From: Narcine bancroftii
Lineage: Eukaryota
Length of the DNA stretch: 64,000 nucleotides
Assembly: GCF_036971445.1 (NCBI RefSeq)
Contig: NC_091472.1
Coordinates: forward strand, 46,128,001-46,192,000
Direction: 5' to 3'
The notes below the pieces were generated by a model. That model saw only the letters and a program-made list of their open reading frames with translations, ran no database searches and was not told where the DNA came from. Position numbers and translations under genes: made by a program. Below are positions 13,445-26,319 of this stretch, one piece after another. Within the stretch, counting starts at the first letter, position 1. Each line of letters starts with the position of its first letter.

Positions 13445-15482
13445 AAGTGCCCTCCATAATGTTTGGTTCAAAGACACTTTTTACCTTCATTTGCTCCTGT
13501 GCTCCACAGCTTAAAATTTTTGATCAAATAATTCACATGTAATTAAAGTGCACCTTCCAGAGTTTATTCAAATTATTTGTATACATTTTGGATTGACCAT
13601 GTAGAAATTACAGCATTTTTTATATAAAGTCCCTTCATTTCAAGGCACCATAATGTTTTAAGACATTTGGCTTCACAGGTGTTTATGAGTACTCAGGAAT
13701 GTTTAATTACTTCATTGGTGCAGCTAAAAGAGAGCTAGATTTGCTTCTAAGCATTTGATCACCTTTGGAGTCTGTAGTTGCCATTTTTAAACATGAGGAC
13801 CAGAGTTGTGACAATGAAAGTCAAAGAAGCCATTACAAGGGTGAAAAACAAGAATGAAATAGTAAGAGCCATTTCCCAAACCTTAGGATTACCAAAATCA
13901 ATAATTGGAACATCATTAAGAAAGCCCAATAATTGCAAAGGGATTGGTATCCCAAGCAAGACCTCCACTGCTCATGAGAAAAGGATTCTCATCATAATGA
14001 AGAAAAATCCCCAAATGTATGTCCGACATATCAGAAACACTCTTCAGGATACATAACCTTATGCACTGTCCCATCCTGACCACCTGCAGATTGGAGGAAC
14101 ACCACCTTATTTTCCATCTGGGCACCCTCCAGCCAGATTGGATGAAAATTGATTTCACTGCTTTCCATTAAACCTGCTTGCCTTTTTTTCCCCCTCTCCC
14201 ATTTCCTGCCTTTCCAGTTCTTTCACCTACATAGCCCTGCTTTTCCACTCCCCCCCCTCCATCCCAGTGCTGCTGTCCCTCTCTCTCTCTTCCCCACTTA
14301 TCATTTCCTGCCCTGCCCTTCACCCTCCTACTCTTTTATTCTGATGCTCACTGGCATTTTCTCATACTTTGATGAAGGGATCAAGTCCAAATTGTCAGTT
14401 ATGCATCTCTGCCTTTGCTACATAAGACATTGTTTGACCTACTGAGTCTCTCCAGCAATGTTTTTACTTCAGGATTCAGGTGTGGATATGTCAATGACTA
14501 CTGTCCACAGAGACTTCACGAACAGAAATACAGAGGCTACCCTGCAAGATGCAAACCACAAACTAACCACAGAAAGAATGGCCAGATTACAGTTTGACAA
14601 GATGTTTCTAAATAGTCTCCAGAATTCTGGAAAAAGGTCTTCTGGATAGATGAGACCAAGATTAACCTGTATCAGTGATGGCAAGAGCAAGTGTGGAGGC
14701 GTAAAATATCTAAGTTCCAAAGCATACTACCTTTGCCATGGTTTGCAAGTAGTCTCTGAATTTCTCTATTCATGAAGTCATTAGTTCATAGTGGTTAAGC
14801 TCATGGTGGAGCAGACTCAATGGGTTGAATGGCCTACTCCTGTTCCTTTATCTTGTGATCTTCTGTGGAAAGCAGTCATTGACACATCCACACCTGCCTC
14901 CTGAAGAGTGTTTCTGATCTGTCGGACATACATTTGGGGATTTTTCTTCATTATGATGAGAATTCTTCTCTCATCAGCAGTGGAGGGTCTTCCTTGGAAA
15001 ACCAGTCCCTTTGTGATTACTGAGTTCACCAGTACACTCTTTCTTAATGATGTTCCAAAATGTTGACTTTGGTAATCCTAAAGTTTGGGTAATATCTATT
15101 ACTGTTGCATTCATGTTTTTTAGCCTCATAATGGCTTCTTTCATTGGCACAACTCTGGTCCTCTCACTGAAAAATTGAAAGCTTAGAAGCAAACCTAACT
15201 CTCTTCTACCTGCACCAATGACGTAATTAAGCATACCTGAGTACTCACAAATATCTGTGAAGCCAAATGTCCCAAACAGTTTGGTGTCCTGAAATGAGGG
15301 GACTATGTAAAATAAGTGTTGTAATTTCTACATGGTCAAACCAAAATGTATACAAATAACCTTGAATAAACTCTGAAATGTGCAATTTAATTACATGAAT
15401 TGCTTGATTACAAATTTAAAACTGGAGCACAAGGCCAAATAAATTAAAAAGTGTCTTTATCCCAAACATATGTAGGGCACCG
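13445..15482. mobile_element. Tc1-family transposon derivative made of two transposase 5' halves in inverted orientation
   Basis: Ends ta|aagtgccctccataatgtttgg and cccaaacatatgtagggcaccg|ta. Plus-strand HTH (ISQTLGLPKS, RILIIMKKNPQ) and FWKKVFWIDETKINL. The same N-terminal segments recur on the minus strand (ORFs 14817..15029 and 14974..15234). Confidence 0.85.
14052..14465 (+). mobile_element. Penelope-like element 3' fragment inserted in the Tc1 derivative
   Basis: RLEEHHLIFHLGTLQPDWMKIDF resembles the GIY-YIG C-terminus of Penelope elements, followed by a pyrimidine tract and a gacctactgagtctctccagca tail. cttcaggat is repeated on both sides. Confidence 0.65.
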
Positions 15483-15655
15483 TATAAGGTTCATCAGCTT
15501 TAAAAGGCCAATGACTTGAAATGTAATCTTTGTTTTCTCTCTCCACAGATATCACCTTACTAGCATTTTGTTTTAAGAAATTTGTATGAAATTACAATGA
15601 ACACATTATGGAATCAAAAAACAATTAAGAACAATTTGTTTTCAGAAAGTAACTA

Positions 15656-16466
15656 CAGTACATTTCCGATTATCCGAAACACTCTGGACCAGACCTTTAT
15701 CAGTTAACCAAATTTTTCAGGTAACTGAGAAATTGCTTTAAGCAGCCCAGTAGCATCAGCAGAATACTTGTATTGATCGTCACCGATCCCCGACACCTCC
15801 AGACCATAACCGCCAATGCCCAACACCACCCCATTGCTGTCGCTGATCCTGTCCGGGAGCCCAAGGTCTCACCTTACCTTTAAGTGGCAAAAGATTGCAT
15901 GTACACGCCCAGGGATTGTCCTCCAGCAGAATATCAGCGACCCTGCTGAAAGGGTACTTGATAGAGGGGGCGACTCAGGGAAGCGGGGAGAGCACGCGGC
16001 TTGGGGGAGCAGGGAAAGAGCGTGGCTCAGGGGAGCGGGGAGAGAGAGCGGCTTGGGGCAGCTCAAGGGGGCAGGAGGTGGGTGCACTGTAATGCTGAGG
16101 TTGAAGATGCGAATCCTCTCGCAGTCAATGTGAAAGATGCCTTCCACTTCGATACACGAGCTTATCCTCTCACAAAGGTCCATAGTTATATTGCCTCAGA
16201 CAAAGCCCAGCATAATTTGTAGCAACTCAAACCACTGCAGCATTTTCAAATTGTAGTATCTGCCCCATCCCCCCATCTCAATTTCATGCCATTAATTGCT
16301 TCAGCTGGTTGTGAGCTCTGTTGTTACCAAACAGCGCGTCAGAGCCCCAATGAGCATGTCAGGTAAAATTTTTTTTCAACTTGTGATGTCACGTTGGCGC
16401 CAAAACTTTTCTTCAGATAACTGAGAATTTCAGTAAAATGGTTTTCAGATAATCAGAAACTTACTG
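15656..16466. mobile_element. Tigger/pogo-like MITE with GC-rich interior
   Basis: TIRs ta|cagtacatttccgattatccgaaa ... tttcagataatcagaaacttactg, plus subterminal ttcagrtaactgaga repeats. Confidence 0.7.
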
Positions 16467-16702
16467 TTTACGTCCATGCAGTCTAATTAAATATTTCAAT
16501 GCAAAATGTTTCATCTTATTTTGAGTGACAAATTAACAAAAACATTTTAGAAGTCTTACGGTTACATAACAGGCAAGTTGAATTTTGTTCCAAAAGAGTA
16601 CATTTTCAATATTTTGCAAATGAGAATACGATAGGCATTGTAATTCAAAAGATTCTTCTCTCCTAATTAAATATCGATTGGTTTAGTGCATTCATCACCT
16701 AC

Positions 16703-18673
16703 TTGTGAACACAGGAAGTGCTGATGACTGCTGGTTTGTGTTACCGGCATCTCCGTCCGGCTGAATGAGACCTGTCGTGAGGGTTGCATTAAATTGGCAT
16801 TTTGGTGATAAGGATTGGTAATCCTGAAAATATGATTCATACCCAGTTGTTGCTGGCACTGCTGTTGTGCAGACTGTACAGTTACAAGTGATTGCTCACC
16901 TTGGCAAACCACTACAAGGTTACTACCAGAATTTGTTTGTGTAACGTGGTCACTGCTGTTTGCTGTTGACACTGAGGATTGTACTGTAGATACATAGCTA
17001 GAGCACACAGAACTAGGTGCAACTGTAACAGTCAACTGATTTTGGAATGATCTTCCTCGAACTGTGTTCTGCCCAGACTGTTTAAATATTCCTGTATTAA
17101 TGTTTGAACCAACAGTGGGTTGCACACCTTGACAGGTTGGAACATTAAATAACATTTGTGAAGCCTGTTGAAGTGGAACCTGGCCAGTAGCTAGCTGTGA
17201 TGAACCATGATTTGATAAGAGCTGACCTGAAGAAGGAATTACCTGCTCCATGGCACCCTGACCAGAAGTCAATTGACCAGCGGAGTTCTGATTTAAGAAT
17301 TGTCCTGAAAAAGACTGGGTAGCCAGCGTTGTACCTGAAGAATTGCGATTTGTCATAGCAGATTCCGATGCTACTTGACTGGTCACCAACTGGGTGGGTA
17401 CTGTTCGATTTTGAAGAATCTGCCCATTTGCAGTCTGAAGGTGCTGAACAGTTGAATTCATGCTCAATGCTAGGCTGGAAGGAATGAAAAACTGGCTCTG
17501 GGATGCAAGGGGCTCATGTTGCCCAATAGGAGGTTGAATTAGGATACTGCTTCCAGTTGGATTTAAAACTTGTGATCTACCAGTTTTTCTTTGTACTTGC
17601 TGTTTTGCAATATTAACACCCATTGGTGAGCCTACTGCTGAATTTTGAGACGAACTCATGGTGCCAAAAGGAAGGTTATGCTGCATTTGCTGCTGCTGTT
17701 GCAATGATACTTCATTTTGGATTTTAAATGCTGTCTGCAATTCCAAATTGTTAATGTTGTAAATGGTTTGTTGCTGATTGATCTGAGCAGGCTTGGGTTG
17801 AATACTGAGTGAAATTTTCGGCTGGCTTGGTACAGGACCTCTTTGAAGGATAATATTATGCAAAGGAAGTGCTGTTGGAATATTATTACCACTAAAATGA
17901 ACAGACATAGGTTGTGGGACCTGGCCAATATTCGAGGCCCCATAATAAGTGTTTCCATTAAGTGCTGTGACTCGTCTCTGAAGCAACAATCCACCAGTTT
18001 CATTTAAACCAGATGGGTTCAAAGACATTGGTTGATGGTTAGGAAGAGAGGACATATTATAATTGCCTACAGACACTGAGCTTACAGCAGGCAATTGTCC
18101 ATTGTCCTTCGAAATAAATTGAGATCCTTCAAGCTGATTAAAAGTCATTACAGGTGGCTGACTATCTAATGAACCTATCAGATGAACTGGTCCAATTCCA
18201 CCACCTGGGTTGCTACTGGGTAAGTGTTGAATGGCAACACTGTTGATGCCCATTTGTTGAAAAAAACCAGGCTGTACATTGGCTTCATTATTTACAAAGG
18301 GAGTTCGCAAAACTTGCTGTAAAATGGGTGATGGTGTTACATTCATCTGCTGTTGCGACAGGCCCCTTACAAATGATATGCCAGAAACCTGAGAAAAGGA
18401 TGTTGGGTGAATCTGAGCTTGTGGGAACTCCTGGGTAGAAGTAATAGCAGCTGCCAAATCTGCTTCCTCCTGTAGGGTTTGTTGAGTAATATTGGCTTCC
18501 TGAAGAGACTTCTGCAGAATATCAAAAGGCTGGTCCCCATTTAAATTTGAAAGAGGAGAAGAGGTATCCAGCTCCTCTAAAACATTAAGACTACTTGCTA
18601 ATTGTAGTCTTGAGTTGGATTCTTCACCGATATGGTTATGTGTATCTTTTGTAGAAGAGGTAGCATCAGCACC
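16703..18673 (-). CDS. BICRAL: BICRAL large Q/S-rich coding exon (657 codons)
   Basis: ttttacag|GGTGCTGAT acceptor, CAA|gtaggt donor, 1971 nt open frame containing ORF 16667..18457. Encodes DQPFDILQKSLQEANITQQTLQEEA, LPLHNIILQRG, SIQPKP and SQFFIPSSL, matching recalled human BICRAL. Confidence 0.95.
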
Positions 18674-21099
18674 CTGTAAAATGCAAATTGGAACATCATG
18701 TAATCAATCATTAACTTTGGCTTAAACAATATTTGGGATATTTTTAATTTTAAGAACTTTATTTTCTAATGAATAAGAAACATTTTAAAAATAACTGTAA
18801 TAAAAGCTGGCATACTAGAGACTAAAATCAGTCTCAGCTGTTTATGGCTGGCAACTAATATCTGCCCCACACATTAGCATGAGGGGGCAAGGGCAAATGA
18901 TGGCAATAAGTATACCTCAAAGATAAGTACTTAGAAAGTGAATGTTTCCTGTTAATTAAATGCATTAACAAATATTTGTTCTGAAGAATCACTGTAGCAA
19001 AATTCAACAAAATTCAATGTCAGATGCCATTCGCTTTTCACAATCTAAGGTCTTTCCCTTCCACTTTCCAATGCAAAGTACACAAAGTAATCAATTAAGC
19101 ATAGTCGTGTGGGAAGCCTCAGAAGAAAGGGCCAGGAAGTTGAGAATCTCATTTCTTTCATGGATCAGTACAGCAAGGAGGGTGGGGTGTGGATCAGCTA
19201 CCAATGATTGAACACAGAACAAATGGGTTGGCAACAGGGAAATTGTTTAGGGTCAGGTGAGAGAGAATTATGACATTTATGGTTTTTAAACTGCAGGCAT
19301 GTAACGGCATAATCAAGGAATTTTGCCACTACACAGAGAGTCTAAAAAGGAATATGCAAGAATTTTGAGTCAATTCCTAAACCACAATTTATCCTGGAGG
19401 ACCCCTACAACGTTTTGGAGGAAGCCTGCAGTGTAAATCGTACTGGAAAAATTCATTGACGGTCATCCACTCTACTGCACGTCCAACCACCAGGACTGTT
19501 GCACTCAGGTACTTGCTGTCTAAAAAAGCACCCAGTGTGAACGACCACACGGGCAGTAATTATGTTAATTTTTTCTGCGATTTTCCCGACATTGCAGTCT
19601 AAAAACCATAATAAATTAACCACCAGAAACCATTGGAGAAAGCATATTTGGGATGGGAATCAGCAGATGGGGACCATGGGGGAGGGAGGGGTTGATTAAA
19701 AGGTTTGAACTGTGCAACAGATCAGTTGAGAGCTTCACCAGGTAACAGCCACAGGTTGAATGGTGAAACATGACCAGTGCAATTCATTGGTTATAGAATG
19801 TCCAAGCAAGTTCTCAGTGCTGGACTCCACTTGTACCAAATCTAAACAGTAAATCCCCTTTATATAATATTGAAACAGGCCTTAAAAGTGCTGTGAAGGT
19901 CTTCTTCTCCATGAGAGTTTGTTGCCAACCATAGGCCATATACGTGTTGATGGAAAGCTCAGAGTGGCATCCAGGCTGTACAATGAGCAACTGCACACTA
20001 TTGTGCATCCCCAGCTTCTCGGTGTTTATGTTAGATGCTCAGTGGACCCAGAAAGCAAGTTGCAAACTTCTAAGAATTTCCATGAAATTTATGATTTTAT
20101 TTTCCAAATGATTTGTTTATATTAAAACACATAACACAAAGAAAAACAGCAGTGCATAATCTAATTTCTAAGCAACAGACAGTTGGTTCTACCTGTGGGC
20201 AGCAGATTTAGCTTTAGCACTGCAATGAACTCAACAGCCAAAGAAGGGAAAAAGTACAATTGTTTTAGTTTGCTTCTGAGAGAACAAAATATATTTCAAT
20301 AATGTAATTTTTTGTTTCTTTTGAGAAATTATAGATTTATTAAGTTCTCAAATAACTTTTTCATGTTAGTTCTCAACTAGTGAGAGTTCCCTTGGGCAAA
20401 ATGAGGGAATATAAAGTACATTTTCTCTAGCAACTTAGAAATTTGCCCAGGAACATTTTATAAATAATACCAGATTGTTAGGATGTACAACAGTCTTTAA
20501 ACTAGAATTTAGGATAGATTGAAAACAGAGCACAAACATTACATGCATGCAATATGGCCAAAATCATTCTTTATGTTTAAATTAGAAATAGAGAGACTCA
20601 ACAGTATTAATGTCCTTGGAGCTTGATCCATTCCTCAACAATAACCTCAAATGATGAGTTACAGAAATTATGGTTACATGTTTAAGCATTCCACTGCATT
20701 TCAGATCTATTATGCGTAGAGAAACCATAGTTTAAAAACTGTCTCTAATTTGGGCACTTAAGAAGATTATGCTTAGTGGCTACTTACCAACAAACCACAA
20801 TTATTTAATCAAATGTTACCCATATGTTAAGGGCAATCACTTTCATTTCAATATAGAATTCACCTCCATCTTCAAGTTCAGATGAAGACTCTAATAAGGC
20901 CAAAGCTGAGTGGTCCTTCTATATGGAGCCAAACTGAACCTCAGTGAGCAGCTTTTTGGAAAGTGCAATTGAAACCAATACTGATAGTTCTTTAGTTACA
21001 CCAGTGTGCAGATGATTACTAGCACAGTTATGCAAAGTTAATTGATTTATGGGTAAATAGCAATGTTGTATTTGTACTGCAACAGTATGACACAATCAA

Positions 21100-22546
21100 G
21101 TAGCTATCGAGATTGTGGAGGCATTCATAATGATCTTTCAGGAATCAACAGATTCCTGGTTCCAGAGGATTGGAAAACCGCAAATGTCACTTCAATATTT
21201 AAAAAGGATGGGAGCCAGAAAGGAAATTATAGACAGGTTAGTCTGTCGTGAGTGGTTGGGAAGATGTTTGAGTCTATTATCAATGATGAGGTTACGGAGT
21301 GCTTGGTGGCACATGACAAGATAGGCCAAATCCAGCATGGTTTCCTAAAGGAAAAATATTGTGTGACACATCTATTGAAATTCTTTGAAAAAGTAACAAA
21401 CAGGAGAGGCAGTGTATGTGATGTATGTGGATTATTAGAAGGACTTTAACAAGGTGCTGCACATGAGGCTATTTAACAAGATAAGAGCCCATGGTAAAAC
21501 AGGAAACATACTAGATGGGTAGTGCATTGGCTGATCAGCAGGAAGCATACAGTCAGAATACAGGGGTCATATTCTGTTTGGTTTCCAGTTACTAATGGTG
21601 TCCCAGAAGGGTCAGTGTTAAGGCAGTTTCTTTTTATGTTGTTTATCAATGATTTACATTATGGAATGAATAGTGCTGTATCCAAGTTTGCAAATAATAC
21701 AAATATAGGTGGGGGAGGCTGTGGCAGAGAAATGGCAAATGAATTACAATGTTGCAAGGTGTATGTTCATGAACTTTGGTAGAAGGAATAAATGGTAGAC
21801 TATTTTTTAAATGAGAAAATTGAAAAATACCCAGATGCAAAGGGACTTGGGAGTTCTCATGCAAGATACACTGAAGGTAAACTTACAGGTCGAGTCAGCA
21901 GTGAAAAAGGCAAATGCAATGTAGGCATTCATTTCAAGAGGAATAGAATATAAGAGCAGGGATGTGATGTTGAGGCTTTATAAAGTACCGGTGAGACCTC
22001 ATTTGCAGCATCGTGAACAGTTTTTGGCTCCCTATTTAAAAGAATGTGCAGACACTAAAGGAGGTTCTACCATTTTGTGCTACCATTCAGAGAAGATTCA
22101 CAAGGGTGATTCCAGGAATGAGGAACATTTAACAGATTTTTGCCTGTATTCACTGGAATTTAGGAAAATGAGGGGGGGAGGGAGGGGGGATCTCATTGAA
22201 ACATTTTGAATATTGAAAGTCATGGACAGAGTAGATGTAAAAAGTTATTTTCCCATGATGGGACAAGAGGGCACAACCAAGGATTAGAACAGAGATGCAG
22301 AGAAATTTATTTAGCGGACGAGTATTGAATCTGTGGAATATGTTGCCACAGACAGTTGTGCAAGCCAAGTTACTGGGTGTATTTAAGTCAGAGATTGATA
22401 GGTTTTTGATTAGCCAGGACATTATAGATTATGGAGAGAAGGCCAGGGAGTGAGGCTGAGTGGAAGAATGTATTAGCTCATGATTGAATGGCAGGCAGAC
22501 GCCATGGGCTAAATAGCCTACTTCTGCTCTGAGGTCTTACGGTCTT
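21100..22546 (+). mobile_element. Decayed CR1 LINE (RT and 3' UTR)
   Basis: VPEDWKTANVTSIFKK, QHGFLK, GVPEGSVL, SKFANNT, RLYKVPVRPHL, GDLIETF, followed by a CR1-type 3' tail. Confidence 0.88.
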
Positions 22547-23494
22547 AATTCTAGAGTACATTTGCAGCACTACATCTGGAATGTTGTCATTGCCCAAAGC
22601 CTCTCCTATATTCAGTGCCCTCAGACACTCCTTGGTGTCAAATTCGCTTAAGATTGGTTGGTGTCTATGATGACGGGGCTCTCAGGAGGAGGCCACGATG
22701 GATCATCCAGTTGGCATATCTAGCTGAAGATGGCTGCAAATACTTCAGCTCTCTCTTTTAAACTCACTTGCTGGGTTCTGCCATCGTTGAGGATCAGGAT
22801 GTCCATGAAGCCTCCTCCTCTTGCAGGTGGTTTAACTGCCCTTCACCATTCAAGATTGGATGTGACGGAAATGCAGAGCTTTAATCTGATCCATTGGTGA
22901 GGGTTTTTTTGTTGTCTAACATGTTGTCTCCGGTATTTGCATGCATGTAGCCCTGTGTTGTAGGTTCACCTGGTTGGCACAGTAAAAGTTGGAAAATTTA
23001 ATATTTTACGTCTTTGCAATGAATGCTGTAAATTATTTTCTTGGAGGAAGCAAAAACAGGGAGAAGGTTTTTTGTTAAACTACAGTATATCAATTCTGGT
23101 CTCTAACTTTGGTAGCTATTGCTCATTGGCCATTTTTGATAGAAGATTTTTTTTTAAACTGTTATTTGATGATTTTCATGCTTCCCTTGCTAAATACCAA
23201 TTGGAAAGTTTTGTACCTATTCTAATCTATCACTGTTTAAGATAAACATGCAAGTTAATTCAATCATTAAAAGCTGTGTTTCATTACAACAATCAAAGTA
23301 ACCTTAATAAGGCAAGGCAGAGAGCAAATTAAGTAGTTAGGTCATTATTCTAAACATCTTATTTAGTGTATCTTGTTAAGACTATATACAAACAATATTC
23401 CTCACTTCAATTTCCCACATGGAGAACAGATATTTATAAACTACCTGTTACAGAATACCCCAGCTATTTTTAATCATTGGAACTGGCCCACTTA

Positions 23495-24145
23495 TCCTGC
23501 CAAATATAGGAGCAAAAGTAGGCCATTCAGCCCACTGAATCAGCTCCACCGTTCCATCATGAGCTAATCCATTCTCCCACTCAGCCCCCAAATCCCCTGC
23601 CTTGTCCCCATAACCTTTGATACCCTGAGTGTTCAGGTACCTATCAACCTCTGACAAATACACCCAACAACTTGGCCTCCACAGCCACGATGGTAGCAAA
23701 TTCCATAGGTTCACATAGGAAGTAGGAACAGGAGTAGGCCAAAAATGGCCCATCGAGCCTGCTCCGCCATTCAATACGATCATGGTTGATCTAATTTATG
23801 ACCTAACTCCACCTACCTGCCTTCTCCCCGTATCCCCTAATTCCTCTATCATGTAAAATAACTCTCTGGCTAAGAATATTCCTCCTTATCGTTGTTTTAA
23901 ATGGGCGCTTTTAATCCTGAAGTTGTGCCCTCTTGTCCTAGACTCCTAAACATTTGAAATAGTTCTATAAGGACTCCCTCATTCTTCTGAACTCCAAGGA
24001 GCACAGTCTAAGAGCTGATAAATGTTCCTCATATGCAAATCCCTTCAGATGAGGAATTATTCTTGTGAATCTTCTCTGAACGCTCTCCAATCCCAGGAAA
24101 TCTTTTCTTCAATAAGGACCCAAAACTGTATCCTGTACTCCAAAT
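23495..24145 (-). mobile_element. CR1 3' fragments, one short tail (~23715-23858) nested in another
   Basis: Two ataggag...agtaggcc tails; EVDRYLNTQGIKGYG on the minus strand. Confidence 0.7.
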
Positions 24146-24831
24146 GAAGGGAAGATGTAATTTTGTACAAGCATATAAGTTATTACCTATAGTTTTGCAT
24201 GAATTATTATTTTATTTAGTTTTGATAAGGAAGTTATACAGCAATTTATTTTTAATGAGATTTCTTATATGCAGAAAAAGACCCATTAATAGCAAAATGC
24301 ACCTATTGATAACTTATCCACTGCTCTCAAAGCTCTTAATTCTTCAATATAATTTACCATGTGAGAATGTTGGATATAATCCAAACCCTACTTCTACAAG
24401 GATCAAATGCAAAGGACATCCTTGGACATACAAGTACTTCAAGAATAATTCAGCATTTGGTCTGGAAAATGAAGTGAAATGCCATCTATAATGAAAATAA
24501 CTCTGTGTATTTCAAGTTTTTGAAGAAGACTCTACACGAATTAGGGACATTTGGGAAATGGGATGTGTCTGCTCAGGATATGCAAAGTTACAAAAACATA
24601 CACCTATTTAACAAAGATGCCGACATAATAGCATCCGAAAGGGCACGGCAGACGTGCAATCAGACAAGGATACATCAGCAGAATTGAACAAAACTGTCAA
24701 ATAAATGAGCTAATAAAAGAACAAATATAAAAATGAAAAAAATAACAGATTATTTTAAAACATATGTAACATTTCACATACGAATACCAATAATTTACCC
24801 AAAATGTCAATTCTTCTCTATCAGTACTTAC

Positions 24832-24903
24832 AATCGCATCAGCAAAGAGTGAATGAGAGTTGTCAATTGTACAGGCTGAGCCAAGCAAATCATCCTCATC
24901 TAC
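24832..24903 (-). CDS. BICRAL: BICRAL coding exon 3, VDEDDLLGSACTIDNSHSLFADAI
   Basis: ttacag acceptor, gtaagt donor, 72 nt, phase 0/0. Similar to human NDDLTNAGYSAANSNSIFANSS. Confidence 0.85.
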
Positions 24904-26067
24904 CTGTAACAATCAAACCATAATACATTTCAGAAAGCACTTCAGAAAGCACAGTAGTACATTCTAATCATAAACATTTGAAATCTGGTCACAGAGAAAT
25001 ATTAGGAGAGATGACTAAAACTATTATCAGCCCAAGCCTGGAAGTAGTCCACACTATACCATTTTGTGTGATAATGAACTAAGTATAGGAAATGATATGG
25101 ACAGCCTTACCATAGAATAATCATGCATGCTTTCTAAATATATGCCAGTGGCCATCATTTTTTTCTGTTGCATGGCTACACGCAAACCATATGTTAAGGT
25201 CATGAGGGTCACTCTGAACAACTCGGAAACTCATAATCCTGCTTAGTACCCACAGACTAATGGCCCTGACTCAACCAAATGGAGACAAAGCCCTTTTACT
25301 TCAGCAGAAACCATCAAGACTTTAACAGTGTTGCATTGTGCAGCAAACTGGCACACATGGCACAAATCAGCCATTATCAACTGGAATGATACAGAAATTC
25401 CCAATGATAGTGATCAAGGCTCATACAGGCAGTTACATGGCTAGAACTCCAGTTACCAACTCAGATACCCTTGGCTTCTGAAACATTTCTCTTTTAAGAG
25501 CTGGAAAGATAGGTGTGACTTCCAAAAACACTTTTGTGGAGTAGGATATCTCCTATTCTTTTTCCTCTCCCTCAGAATTCTTGTGCATGTCAACCCTGCA
25601 TATGCCTGTATTGTTATCTTAAGTACATTCAGAAGGGCCACAGCAAAAGCACAAAATGGCAAAAAGGTAGAGTGCAAAAGTGACAGTGTATCTCACCAAA
25701 AGACACCTGTCACCTTGTATTAGCCTACTGAACGGTCATTCAGCCTTTACAGTCTACTGTTTATCTCAACATAAAAATTCAATCACGTGGCACTGAAAAC
25801 ATCCATCATTGTATGAAATGGTTTCTAGGCCCATCTGCTTTTGAATTCTAATAATATCCATCAATATTTTAATCATATTGCTGCAAAGTTTCCACTGGAC
25901 AGAGAAAAAAAAAATCAAACCTAGCAGCAGGTTATGAATTCCATTTGATCCATGGTCATATATCTTTTAAAAATGATTTTACTCTATCTGCATGACAAAG
26001 AACTTTGGAACATACCCATGAATAAATTAATCAGGACAATTTAATTAAGACACGTAAAAATACTTAC

Positions 26068-26116
26068 TTCTTGACCACCAGATCCATGCAGAAAATCATT
26101 CAATGCCTGCACATCA
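26068..26116 (-). CDS. BICRAL: BICRAL coding exon 2, (G)DVQALNDFLHGSGGQE
   Basis: ttttttag acceptor, gtaagt donor, 49 nt (phase 2 to 0). Conserved D-x-QALN-x-FLHG motif of BICRA/BICRAL. Confidence 0.92.
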
Positions 26117-26319
26117 CTAAAAAAGAAAAATATAATCAATGAAAAAACATTCTTTAAGCATATGGTAAATTTTGAGAGAATAAAATACTGGTGCTTTTCA
26201 AATATAAACCCTAATAATTTTTTTTTAATTGTTGGCACAGACTGAACTCAACCATTAAAAACACAAGACCAACTCCACACTGTGAAATTAAATGACTACC
26301 TAGGTACTACTGTCTGGAA

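Noticed and set aside
16667-18457. Stand-alone 596-aa single-exon gene
   Set aside because: It is the internal large exon of BICRAL. The frame extends upstream to an acceptor at 18673 and a donor precedes the stop.
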